Source: Candidatus Poribacteria bacterium
GTDB lineage: Bacteria; Poribacteria; WGA-4E; WGA-3G
DNA length: 64,000 bases
Direction of reading: 5' to 3'
Assembly: GCA_958295945.1 (NCBI GenBank)
Contig: OY282386.1
Location: 1,687,371 to 1,751,370, forward strand
Positions 1-11,349 of this stretch are shown here, piece by piece. A program made the position numbers and the translations under genes. The number at the start of each line of letters is the position of its first letter. The first letter of the stretch is position 1. The notes under the pieces are model-generated. The model ran no database searches. It was not told the origin of the DNA and saw nothing but the letters and a program-made list of their open reading frames with translations.

Positions 1-52
1 ATCGTGAACTATACTATAAAATAGGACAAAGCACTCTCTATGGAGGAAGATC

Positions 53-898
53 GTGAACCCAAAAGATGTGATGTCATTACTGCAAACCTTAGCGAAATCC
101 CTTTCGCCTTATGTTCCACCGTGTGATAACGGACCTCTGTTGATTAGTGAAGAGGATACTAAGGTTCCAAGAGAACGTCTTAAGACCATAGCTAAACAGT
201 GGATAGAACTTGAAAGAGAAGGGTACGATGCAATTCCTCAAGCGGCACAAGATGCAAGGGAATCCATCGGTATTTATGGAAAACATAGAAGCTATAGGAC
301 ATCTGTAGGAATATCTGTTTCTGATATCTGTGTAGAGATAGAAAACCGTGCTTCCGATACAAAACGTAATCCAGAAGTGAGAGAAATCTTGAAATCCTTA
401 ATCGCAGAACAGAAATTACCCTTCAAGATTTTCAATCGTGGCTTTAGTGTGATTATTATTCCAGAAGACCCGGTACAATATCGTGATAAAGAGATGATTG
501 AACTTGAGACATTGATTGAGAATGAGAACTTAGATGTGCATGTGCGACATTGTGGTTTTAGTTTGGGTCGAATGGATGATAGAGAATATGATAACCCCGA
601 TATCTCGTTTTTGCAAATTCAAGAGATGGCGAAATCTCTACAGGCCGAATTAGAAAAACACAATCTCAAGGTATGTCTGCTCCATGATGGTTTTGTGTTA
701 GAAAAGAAGCGTGAGATAGAAATAGATGTTATCGAAACGAAAGAGTTGGCATTACGACTAAGCGTTATGACAGGGATTAACTTTCATGGTGGAAGCGGGT
801 ATGGTACGAAGTTAAGTGTAGATGAAGTTCCACCCGGATGGACAAATGAGATCAATTGGAAAACTGTAAGAATAAGCACATCCAGTCCTTATTATTAA
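53..898 (+). CDS. Hypothetical protein, paralog 1 of a local four-gene family with internal helix-strand-GF repeats
   Basis: 281-aa ORF, GTG start after GGAGG; clear alignment with 937-1749 and 2478-3308 (GPLLISEED, HxGF, KELAxRL, PGWTxxxNW). Confidence 0.85.
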   Translation: MNPKDVMSLLQTLAKSLSPYVPPCDNGPLLISEEDTKVPRERLKTIAKQWIELEREGYDAIPQAAQDARESIGIYGKHRSYRTSVGISVSDICVEIENRASDTKRNPEVREILKSLIAEQKLPFKIFNRGFSVIIIPEDPVQYRDKEMIELETLIENENLDVHVRHCGFSLGRMDDREYDNPDISFLQIQEMAKSLQAELEKHNLKVCLLHDGFVLEKKREIEIDVIETKELALRLSVMTGINFHGGSGYGTKLSVDEVPPGWTNEINWKTVRISTSSPYY

Positions 899-936
899 TT
901 CAGTTTAGCAAGTATTCTGCCGAAGGAGAAAGAAAA

Positions 937-1749
937 ATGCATTCTAATGAAGTCCAAGAATTGCTGAGGTCTCTAATCAAGGAAATCGGGTTGCCTATTT
1001 TAGTTTCTGACAAGGGCCCTCTATTGATTTCTGAAGATGACAACAGAACAACGAGATTGCACACAGAAGACATTATCAGACGGTGGAAAGATGATAGAAT
1101 TGCTGAAGAACTAAAGAATTTCACAATTAGTGGTCATTGGTGTCTTTCCAGAGGTAATACCGTATCTGAGGTGTTCAGTGAAGTAGAACTTTTGGCATCA
1201 GATTCAACTCGTATATCGGATGTCAAGAAGGCACTTGGTTCACTAATCAGTGAAAGAAAACTACCTTTTAACATTTTCCACTTATGGTTTACCATCATAG
1301 TTCTTCCAGCTGATCCTACTCAATTCCCGTCAGAGGAAATGGTAGAACTTGAGAATATAATAAACTTGATGCAATCGGAAGGATGCTTCGGTGAAGACGC
1401 TCATAATTACCATGTTCGTCATGCGGGTTTCCGGCTATATTCTAAAGAGGAAGTAATTGATATCCAGTTTTCAAAGGTGCAGCAGGTAGTTCATAGGTTA
1501 CAAGTTCTAGTAGGAAAGCATGGGTTACAGGTTAGGTTAATCCACAACGGTTTTCAATTGGAGAAAGACAGGGAAGTTGAGATAGATATTGCTGAAGCAA
1601 AGGAGTTAGCATTTCGTTTAGCGTGCATGACTAGTGTTAATTATAGCGTCGGTGCTTATGGGATGGGACCAATTATGGGGCGGAAACCTGGTTGGACACA
1701 TCGAGTCAATTGGAAAAATGCACGTGTGAGTTCACCCCGGCCATGGTAA
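937..1749 (+). CDS. Hypothetical protein, paralog 2
   Basis: ATG at 937 after AAGGAG; MHSNEVQELL aligns with MNPKDVMSLL, so start moved from 856. Confidence 0.85.
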   Translation: MHSNEVQELLRSLIKEIGLPILVSDKGPLLISEDDNRTTRLHTEDIIRRWKDDRIAEELKNFTISGHWCLSRGNTVSEVFSEVELLASDSTRISDVKKALGSLISERKLPFNIFHLWFTIIVLPADPTQFPSEEMVELENIINLMQSEGCFGEDAHNYHVRHAGFRLYSKEEVIDIQFSKVQQVVHRLQVLVGKHGLQVRLIHNGFQLEKDREVEIDIAEAKELAFRLACMTSVNYSVGAYGMGPIMGRKPGWTHRVNWKNARVSSPRPW

Positions 1750-1801
1750 ATAAGACCGTTAAAATAAGAATCTGAAAATAACATAAGTCTGAGGTGGCAT
1801 T

Positions 1802-2298
1802 ATGCATCCGAATGAAGTTCATCACATACTGAATTCTATAATTCAAGATCATGAAATGGAGATCCGCGTTGGCTGTGGTAAGGTCCTATTGATTGCTGAG
1901 GGAGATTACTTATACAACACATCTGAACGATACTTTGAATTAGAACAGTGTGTAGAAACGATAATTTCAACGGAGGACATCAAAAATATCTATGTTCAAC
2001 ACAGTGGTTTTGCTTTATATTTGAAGATGGACATTCCAGATATAGACTTCTCAAAAACTCAAGAGCTGGCTCACCATTTGCAGTCTAAAATATCGGAAGA
2101 AGGCTTACAAGTAAAATTGCTTCATGAAGGTTTCGTATTGAAAAAGAATAGGAAGATTGAGATAGACTTGGCTGAAACTGAAGAATAGCCTACCGATTAA
2201 CACTTATGACAGGCATAAATTATAGACTCGGAGGATGGACACAAGGCGGGACTTGGGATAATGCAAGATTTCGAGCGGACCTTCCATACCCCTATTGA
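1802..2298 (+). pseudogene. Shorter paralog 3 with a 1-nt frameshift near 2186
   Basis: ORF stops at ETEE* (2188), but the shifted frame continues AYRLTLMTGINYRLGGW...PYPY* to 2298, matching ELAxRLxxMTGINF/Y...PY of the paralogs. Confidence 0.8.
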
Positions 2299-2339
2299 TT
2301 TCGGCAAACGGACATAACAAGTTTAGAACATACAGATAA

Positions 2340-2454
2340 TACCATTTCTATAAATGTTTGTACCATTAACATTTGTTAAGAATCTCTTGAAGGACGGAAA
2401 CACAAACTGGCAGTTTGTGGGACAAAAATACGGCGTTTTCTATTAGAAATGGTA
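2340..2454. mobile_element. MITE family A (TACCATTTCTA...TAGAAATGGTA) with internal CACAAACTGGCAGTTTGTG palindrome
   Basis: 11-bp terminal inverted repeats; near-identical copies at 10692, 20416, 21593, 56957. Confidence 0.85.
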
Positions 2455-2477
2455 TAACATACCTATAAGGAGGAATT

Positions 2478-3308
2478 ATGAACCCTAAAGATGTGAAAGA
2501 ACTATTGGAAACGTTAACTGAAGAGTTTGACCTACATGTTTCGTTCTTCAATCTGGGACCTCTGATTATCAGCGAAGACGATGCCAAAGTGTCAAGAGAA
2601 CGACTTGAAGATGTTGCACAGCAGTGGATGGAGCTTGAGAGAGATGAATATCCTAAACATGTAAAAGAGTGGTTTGAAAAGATGAATGAATCTGTCGGTT
2701 TGCATAAGAACCACAGGAACCACAGCATCTCCATAGGAAAAACTGTATCGGAAATATATGGAGAAGTAGAAAAGCAAGCCTTAGATGCAGAAAGAATTCC
2801 AGAGGTCAGGGATATCTTAAAGGCATTAATTGCAGAACGAGAGTTGCCATTTGAGATATACTATCGTGGTTTCAATATAATAGTCCTTACTGACGATGTC
2901 CGGAACTATAACGATGGAGAAATGCTGGAACTCAAATCCTTGTTAGAAAAGGAGAACTTAGCCGTTCAAGTCCATCATTCAGGTTTTAATATAGAGCGAT
3001 CCGAAGCAGGATCACCCGATATTCTATTTCCACGAGTTCAGGAGTTGACAAGTCGCCTGCAGGATTCATTGGAAAGTCATGGACTAAAGACATATCTACT
3101 ACAGAACGGTTTTACGCTTGAAAAGAAGCAAGAGGACGAGGTCCACGTAGTTGAAGCAAAGGAGTTGGCTATCCGACTACAGTTTATGTCTGGGATTGAA
3201 TATTCAGCGGGTGGATACGGCATGGGACCTGAAAAGGATGTAAAGCCAGGATGGACAAATGAGATCAATTGGAATTCTGTGACGCTGTTTACGAAAAATC
3301 CCTATTAA
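2478..3308 (+). CDS. Hypothetical protein, paralog 4
   Basis: 276-aa ORF after AAGGAGG; full-length similarity to 53-898. Confidence 0.88.
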   Translation: MNPKDVKELLETLTEEFDLHVSFFNLGPLIISEDDAKVSRERLEDVAQQWMELERDEYPKHVKEWFEKMNESVGLHKNHRNHSISIGKTVSEIYGEVEKQALDAERIPEVRDILKALIAERELPFEIYYRGFNIIVLTDDVRNYNDGEMLELKSLLEKENLAVQVHHSGFNIERSEAGSPDILFPRVQELTSRLQDSLESHGLKTYLLQNGFTLEKKQEDEVHVVEAKELAIRLQFMSGIEYSAGGYGMGPEKDVKPGWTNEINWNSVTLFTKNPY

Positions 3309-3340
3309 CCAGAATAATGCTACAATAGGAGGATTTCACG

Positions 3341-3607
3341 ATGACTTATGTAATTTGTGAACCATGCATTGACGTAAAAGACCACATTTGTGCTGAGGTA
3401 TGTCCCGTTGAATGCATTCACCCAATGAAAGACGAAGACCTAGACAAATTTGAAGAAGTAGAACAACTTTACATTGACCCAGAAGAATGCATTGACTGCC
3501 ATGTTTGTGTCCCTGAATGTCCTGTTGAGGCAATCTTTGTAGATGATGAAGTGCCAGAAGAGTGGGAACATTTCATAGAGATAAACGCTGATTACTATCA
3601 AGAATAA
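3341..3607 (+). CDS. fdxA: Dicluster ferredoxin (FdxA / Azotobacter FdI-like)
   Basis: CxxC...CxxxCP and CxxCxxCxxxCP motifs; AGGAGG RBS. Confidence 0.92.
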   Translation: MTYVICEPCIDVKDHICAEVCPVECIHPMKDEDLDKFEEVEQLYIDPEECIDCHVCVPECPVEAIFVDDEVPEEWEHFIEINADYYQE

Positions 3608-3615
3608 ACATTTAT

Positions 3616-3643
3616 TTGACAAATTAGTAAAATCGTATATAAT
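3616..3643 (+). promoter_or_regulatory. Sigma70-type promoter upstream of the second ferredoxin
   Basis: TTGACA-16 nt-TATAAT. Confidence 0.6.
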
Positions 3644-3659
3644 AATAGGAGAGCACACA

Positions 3660-3938
3660 GTGACTTATGTAATTTGTGAACCTTGTATTGACGAAAAAGA
3701 CGCTTCTTGTGTAGATGTCTGCCCCTGTGGATCCATAGGACCAATCCCTGAGTATGAAGCAGACGATTTTGAAGGTGTAAACCAACTCTTTATTGACCCG
3801 GATACATGTATTGAATGTGGCGTGTGTGAAGGGGAGTGTCCCGTGGAGGCTATATTCTTTGATGAACATGTTCCCGAAAAATGGGAGCACTACATACAAA
3901 AAAACGCTGATTACTACGAACAACAACCCAGTGTTTAA
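3660..3938 (+). CDS. fdxA: Dicluster ferredoxin, copy 2
   Basis: Same Cys pattern with variant CPCGSI; GTG start after AGGAG. Confidence 0.92.
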   Translation: MTYVICEPCIDEKDASCVDVCPCGSIGPIPEYEADDFEGVNQLFIDPDTCIECGVCEGECPVEAIFFDEHVPEKWEHYIQKNADYYEQQPSV

Positions 3939-3975
3939 AGTGATAAATTATCTTTCTTGAAAGGAGAACTACAAT

Positions 3976-4239
3976 ATGACCTATGTAATTTGCGAACCTT
4001 GCATTGACGAAAAAGACAGTTCTTGTGTTGATGTGTGCCCAGTAGATTGCATTCACCCACACCCAACAGATGCACCTGACGACTTTGAAGAAGTTGAAAT
4101 GCTCTATATCGATCCGGAAGAATGCATCGATTGTGGCGTGTGTGAACCGGAATGCCCCGTTGAGGCTATCTTCATGGAAGAAGATGTTCCAGAGGAATGG
4201 GAGCATTTCATTGAAATCAACGCTGACTATTTTGAGTAA
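3976..4239 (+). CDS. fdxA: Dicluster ferredoxin, copy 3
   Basis: CVDVCPVDCIH...IDPEECIDCGVCEPECPVEAI; AAGGAG RBS. Confidence 0.93.
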   Translation: MTYVICEPCIDEKDSSCVDVCPVDCIHPHPTDAPDDFEEVEMLYIDPEECIDCGVCEPECPVEAIFMEEDVPEEWEHFIEINADYFE

Positions 4240-4275
4240 AATAACACCGAATTGACAGAATGTAAGTCAAAACTA

Positions 4276-4355
4276 AGGGTGTTGTCTAATAACAATTGAT
4301 AGGTGGAAGCTGCAATCATCAGCACTATGCCATACCATTTGTTAGACAGCACCTT
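4276..4355. repeat. Imperfect inverted repeat downstream of the ferredoxins (terminator-like hairpin or MITE relic)
   Basis: GGTGTTGTCTAA ... TTAGACAGCACC followed by a T-rich tract. Confidence 0.4.
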
Positions 4356-4509
4356 TGCTTTTTATTCAATAAATATACAATAATTAACACGATTCCTCTT
4401 GGGACGTGCGCTTTCCGATTTTCAGATAAAATGTAAGTTCTGCGTGGACCAACATAGACCGTATACAGTCACCTTAACCCAAAAAACAAAGTTTGAGGAA
4501 GCATGAACC

Positions 4510-7500
4510 ATGATAAAAAAAGCATTAGCAAAATTCAAAATCACACCAAGTCACACAGAAAACATTGTACAGGAAATATCACATACAAAGCCTGCTGTCC
4601 CATCTATAAGTAAACCATTTGTCCCATGGTTAACTGCTACCTTTTCCTGCGTAGTAGTGCTAATAATGTTAGGTTTTGGAAAAGGCAATAATTTTGCCCT
4701 ATTCCAAGGAGATGCTTTTGCGCAACAAGAAAATCCTGACACTAAAACACAAACTGACAATGCACAACTACAATTTAACCATGCAGATGAGGAAAATAAA
4801 TTGGAAAATTATCCACAATGGAATCTGCCAAAAGGAGCGAAGATGCGATTAGGCAAGGGAGGACTGGGAACAATTCAGTTTTCACCAGATGGAACACAGA
4901 TGGTAGTGGGTAGTAATACCGGTGTCTGGATTTACGATGTGGAAACAGGTAAAGAGATTTCATTATTACTCGGAATGAGTAGAGCAATTGCGTATTCACC
5001 TGATGGTCGCTTTATCGCATCTGCTGGTGGAGACCCAGTTACCAGTTTTGGTGGGAGTCCACTTGAAACAGGAATTGAGATACGGGAAGTTACTACAGGA
5101 AGAAAAATCTCGTTACAAGATGAGTTGCCTCCTGCGGAAGCGTTGCGGTTCACAAATGATAGCAAAACGCTTGTATGTCTCAGCATGTCAAGAGAAAACA
5201 TATATTGGATTGATGTGGAAACCGGTGAATACACAACGACAAATATAGGAAAAAGACAGGGGTATATGCATCTTGAAAGTTACGCACTTACAGAAGATAA
5301 AATCGCTATCGGAAGTAATGATGGAAAAATTGAGTTGTGGGACACTACGACAGGTAAGAAGTTGACAACGCTTAGGAAATTTGGGAAAGAAGTTAGCTTA
5401 CCAGAATATTTCACTAAGACAAACAAAGCACTGACTATGGAATTCTCTTCAGACAGAACAAAACTCGCTACTGGAAATTTAGATACCACAGTACAAATAT
5501 GGGATACAACCACTGGAGAAGAATTAATTGTTCTGCAAAAGCCTATAGAAGGGAACATGTGGAGTGTATCAACGGAAAATGGAAAAGAGATCGTAAAAAA
5601 CCCAATGAAGAACGAGAGGAACAGTAGACCGTCTTCATTGGCATTCTCTCCAGATGGTTCACTGCTTGCTTGTGGTAGTGAAGATAGCACTATCAAACTG
5701 TGGAATAGTCTTACAGGCGAATTTATTGCTACCTTCACAGGTCATTTCAGCATTGTTGAACAATTAACTTTTTCACTAGATGGCAAAACACTTGCAAGTG
5801 GCAGTGCTGATGGTACAGTCCGATTTTGGGATATTGAGACAAGAAAACCAGTACAGAACAAGATTACTGGACACATGTGGATAAGATCGACAGCTGCATT
5901 AAATGATGGTACAAGTTTTGTGAGTGTATCAGACGAAGGTATAATCACTGTTTGGGATCTGAAGAATACTCAAAAAACAACTTCCATAATCAAAGCAGTA
6001 CTTGAGGAACATTTGTATTGGAATACTTACAGAACGTATGTGTTCACACCAGATGGAACCAAACTGCTCAATCACGGTAAACAAACCGACCCAACTAAAC
6101 CAAACTTTAATGATTGGGTGCTACGTCTGAATGATGTTAACACAGGACGTGAGTTAAAGTCTTTCCCATGGGGTACTGGAGAGGTGTTTTCGCCTGATGG
6201 AAAAATCTTAGCACAAGGTGCTGTCAACAAAATCCACTTATTGAATATAGAAACTGGAGAAGAACGTGAAATAATTACATCAGACCACGATGAAGATTCC
6301 GATGAAGACAAACCTTTTATCAGGACTATAGCATTTTCACCTGATGGAGAAAAGATTGTTAGTGGCACGTCGGGTGGACATGTTCAATTGTGGGATGTGG
6401 AAACTGGAACTGAGTTAAGTTCTTTCTTTCCAGAATTGACAGATAACGATAAAAGACGAGAACCTATACATCAGTTTGTATTTTCTTCAGACGGTTCGCT
6501 AATTGCTGTCCGCAGTACAAAACGGATACGTATCATAGGAAGAGCGAAACAACCTCACTTTAAGGAATTGCTTTTTTCTGAAGAGGAAGATGGAGATACA
6601 TTCATCTTTTCACCAGATAATAAAGTGCTTATCGTCGGTTACTGGGGTGGGAAAATTCGGTTATGGGATGTAGTGACCGGAGATAAACTTATCACACTTG
6701 ATGGACATTCCGTGGCTGTGGCAGATTTGATATTTTTACCAGATCATAAAACGCTTATGAGTGTCGGAGGCGGTAATATTCTACTGTGGGACTGGAATCA
6801 AGTAATCAGGAGTGCATACGCAGAGAATCAAGAACTTGAACCTGATGTGAACCTTGCCACTGAAGAACAATCAGCAGAAAATGTGTTACAAATCCTTGAA
6901 CATTCAGCACAAAAGCCAAAAATCTCTGATCATGTCCTGTGGAATGGTGAGATATATCTCGCTAATGAATGGTATGAACACGCGTATGGGGAATTTGTGA
7001 AATACTTATCCGCTGCAGATTATGAGGGAGGACAGAATGTCATTACACCACCAAGTTTTCACCGTCATTTATTCGCAAAAATTGGCAAAATCGGTAAAGA
7101 TATTGAAGATAAAGACGGTTTCGCTGACCTGGTAACTAAATTGATTGACGCATTTGCAGATAGTCGGAGCATCCAATTGAATGCACACCTTGTTCTCGCT
7201 AAATTCTATCACGATAATGGAATGGATGAGAAAGCAGATGAGCATATTGAGAAAATAGATATCCTAATGAGAAACCTTACGACAGAAAGTCTAAGTCTTC
7301 AGTTAAATGCCTACCTCAGTCTAATTACATATTATCGGGATAAAGGCATGAATGAAAAGGCAGATATGTATATCCAAAAAATTGATAATATGATTGCTGA
7401 ACTTGACCCAAATCAACCCAATAGCCTGAGACTTCGGATTGGTACACATTTCGGTTTAGCCGAATATTATCGTGAATATGGTATGCATGAACAGGCAGAT

Positions 7501-8034
7501 GAGCATATTCAAAAAACTGGTTTCATCACAGAAGATGCATGGATGGAACTTGGACCGTTTGACAACGCAGGCGGGATCGGCTTTGATACTGTATACATAC
7601 CCGAAGACATCACGGAAATTGACCTCACTACAAAATATGATGGACAGAATGGACTAGTCAGTTGGAAAAAGTTCAGCGATACGGGATTAAACGGTTATAT
7701 CCATCTCGGTGAAAAGAATGTTGATTGGCAAGTCTTCTACACCTTCGCTACCGTTGCCTCTCCTGATGAACGTGAAGTCCAGCTAAGGTTTGATAGTGAC
7801 GACCAAGGAAAATTATGGCTAAACGGCAAAGAGGAATTCACACATACCAAAACCTTTGCTGTTAGACTTGATACATATATCATTCCTGTCACACTCAAAC
7901 AAGGTAAAAACAGTATCCTCGTAAAGGTGTGTAATGAAGAAGGGGCATGTGCTTTTATCCTCCGCATTACAGACAAAAACGGGCAGCCTTTTGATGATTT
8001 GATAATCAATAAAGCACCACAACAGAAAGAGTAA
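4510..8034 (+). CDS. Membrane-anchored WD40-repeat protein with TPR-like helices and a C-terminal beta-sandwich domain
   Basis: Many FSPDG...SGSxDGTVRxWD repeats; N-terminal hydrophobic helix; repeated HxxLAxYY...ADEHIxK helices; C-terminal WxxLGPF...DSDDQGKLWLNG...LKQGKNSILVK. Confidence 0.88.
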   Translation: MIKKALAKFKITPSHTENIVQEISHTKPAVPSISKPFVPWLTATFSCVVVLIMLGFGKGNNFALFQGDAFAQQENPDTKTQTDNAQLQFNHADEENKLENYPQWNLPKGAKMRLGKGGLGTIQFSPDGTQMVVGSNTGVWIYDVETGKEISLLLGMSRAIAYSPDGRFIASAGGDPVTSFGGSPLETGIEIREVTTGRKISLQDELPPAEALRFTNDSKTLVCLSMSRENIYWIDVETGEYTTTNIGKRQGYMHLESYALTEDKIAIGSNDGKIELWDTTTGKKLTTLRKFGKEVSLPEYFTKTNKALTMEFSSDRTKLATGNLDTTVQIWDTTTGEELIVLQKPIEGNMWSVSTENGKEIVKNPMKNERNSRPSSLAFSPDGSLLACGSEDSTIKLWNSLTGEFIATFTGHFSIVEQLTFSLDGKTLASGSADGTVRFWDIETRKPVQNKITGHMWIRSTAALNDGTSFVSVSDEGIITVWDLKNTQKTTSIIKAVLEEHLYWNTYRTYVFTPDGTKLLNHGKQTDPTKPNFNDWVLRLNDVNTGRELKSFPWGTGEVFSPDGKILAQGAVNKIHLLNIETGEEREIITSDHDEDSDEDKPFIRTIAFSPDGEKIVSGTSGGHVQLWDVETGTELSSFFPELTDNDKRREPIHQFVFSSDGSLIAVRSTKRIRIIGRAKQPHFKELLFSEEEDGDTFIFSPDNKVLIVGYWGGKIRLWDVVTGDKLITLDGHSVAVADLIFLPDHKTLMSVGGGNILLWDWNQVIRSAYAENQELEPDVNLATEEQSAENVLQILEHSAQKPKISDHVLWNGEIYLANEWYEHAYGEFVKYLSAADYEGGQNVITPPSFHRHLFAKIGKIGKDIEDKDGFADLVTKLIDAFADSRSIQLNAHLVLAKFYHDNGMDEKADEHIEKIDILMRNLTTESLSLQLNAYLSLITYYRDKGMNEKADMYIQKIDNMIAELDPNQPNSLRLRIGTHFGLAEYYREYGMHEQADEHIQKTGFITEDAWMELGPFDNAGGIGFDTVYIPEDITEIDLTTKYDGQNGLVSWKKFSDTGLNGYIHLGEKNVDWQVFYTFATVASPDEREVQLRFDSDDQGKLWLNGKEEFTHTKTFAVRLDTYIIPVTLKQGKNSILVKVCNEEGACAFILRITDKNGQPFDDLIINKAPQQKE

Positions 8035-8115
8035 TCGTTTCAAAACCGCTTGAATGTTGTTTGCCAACATCGGAGCAGCTCATCCTATCAAAGTACCCTG
8101 AAACTTCAGACTCAT

Positions 8116-8206
8116 AATCCTGAAAATCTACTAATCCTGAAAATCCTGGTTCAGACAAAGGAATTACACTAAATTGACGTTTATGGTGCAAAAACTTTAC
8201 ACTCCC
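8116..8206. repeat. Dispersed AATCCTGAAAATCCTGGTTCAGACAA repeat plus right end of MITE family D
   Basis: Same motif at ~13153-13194, ~18926-18968, ~48448-48490 (inverted), ~48568-48610; ends in AAAAACTTTACACTCCC like 48697. Confidence 0.75.
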
Positions 8207-8223
8207 TCCCAAAAAGTAAATAC

Positions 8224-8252
8224 TTGATATTAAGGTCAATAACAAGTATAAT
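8224..8252 (+). promoter_or_regulatory. Sigma70-type promoter of katG
   Basis: TTGATA-17 nt-TATAAT. Confidence 0.6.
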
Positions 8253-8259
8253 TAATAAA

Positions 8260-8358
8260 CCTATACTGTTGATTAAGGATACCCTTAATATGAGCGGGTG
8301 AAAGCACCGTTGTTTTCTGTTGCGATTCCTATACTGTTGATTAAGGATACCCTTAATA
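8260..8358 (+). repeat. Two perfect 31-bp direct repeats separated by 37 bp in the katG leader
   Basis: CCTATACTGTTGATTAAGGATACCCTTAATA at 8260-8290 and 8328-8358; internal palindrome ATTAAGG-ATAC-CCTTAAT. Confidence 0.9.
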
Positions 8359-8405
8359 GCCCTTAATAGAAGAATACTTTAAAGAATAGATGAGTAAGAA
8401 TGTAG

Positions 8406-10613
<2,208 letters not shown>

Positions 10614-10629
10614 ACCATGATTTGATTAT

Positions 10630-10656
10630 AGGCGGGGTCTCTGTACCCCGCCTTTG
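10630..10656 (+). terminator. REP-derived hairpin acting as probable katG terminator
   Basis: AGGCGGGG-TCTCTGTA-CCCCGCCT-TTG; inverse near-copy at 48609-48637. Confidence 0.6.
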
Positions 10657-10675
10657 TCTTGCGCAGAATGTCTTA

Positions 10676-11325
10676 TACCATTTCTAATTAATACCATTTC
10701 TAATAGAAAACGCCGCATTTTTGTACCACAAACTGCCAGTTTGTGCAGTCCTTCAAGAGATTCTTAACAAATGTTAATGGGATAAACATTTATAGAAATG
10801 GTATAATACCATTTCTAATAGAAAACGCCCCATTTTTGTACCACAAACTGCCAGTTTGTGCAGTATTCAAAAGGTTTTCATAACAACAAACCGCACAATC
10901 TGGCAGAATGTGCTACAACCGCACAATCTGGCAGAATGTGCTACAACCGCACAATCTGGCAGAATGTGCTACAACCGCACAATCTGGCAGAATGTGCTAC
11001 AACCGCACAATCTGGCAGAATGTGCTACAACCGCACAATCTGGCAGAATGTGCTACAACCGCACAATCTGGCAGAATGTGCTACAACCGCACAATCTGGC
11101 AGAATGTGCTACAACCGCACAATCTGGCAGAATGTGCTACAACCGCACAATCTGGCAGAATGTGCTACAACCGCACAATCTGGCAGAATGTGCTACAACC
11201 GCACAATCTGGCAAAATGTGCTACAACCGCACAATCTGGCAAAATGTGCTACAACCGCACAATCTGGCAGAATGTGCTACAATTGGCGAAGGTATTGTCA
11301 ATTAGAAATGGTATTAGAATTGGTA
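10676..11325. mobile_element. Nested/tandem MITE family A cluster
   Basis: Left ends TACCATTTCTA at 10676, 10692, 10807; right ends TAGAA(A/T)TGGTA ending 10803, 11313, 11325. Confidence 0.85.
10891..11282. repeat. Tandem array of 14 x 28-bp REP-like unit
   Basis: CCGCACAATCTGGCAGAATGTGCTACAA x14 with no spacers; units 12-13 share a G>A change; reverse strand reads GTAG + palindrome. Confidence 0.95.
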
Positions 11326-11349
11326 TCATCATTTTAACACGGAGGAGTA

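Noticed and set aside
10891..11282. CRISPR array
   Set aside because: Units are head-to-tail with no spacers; no cas genes
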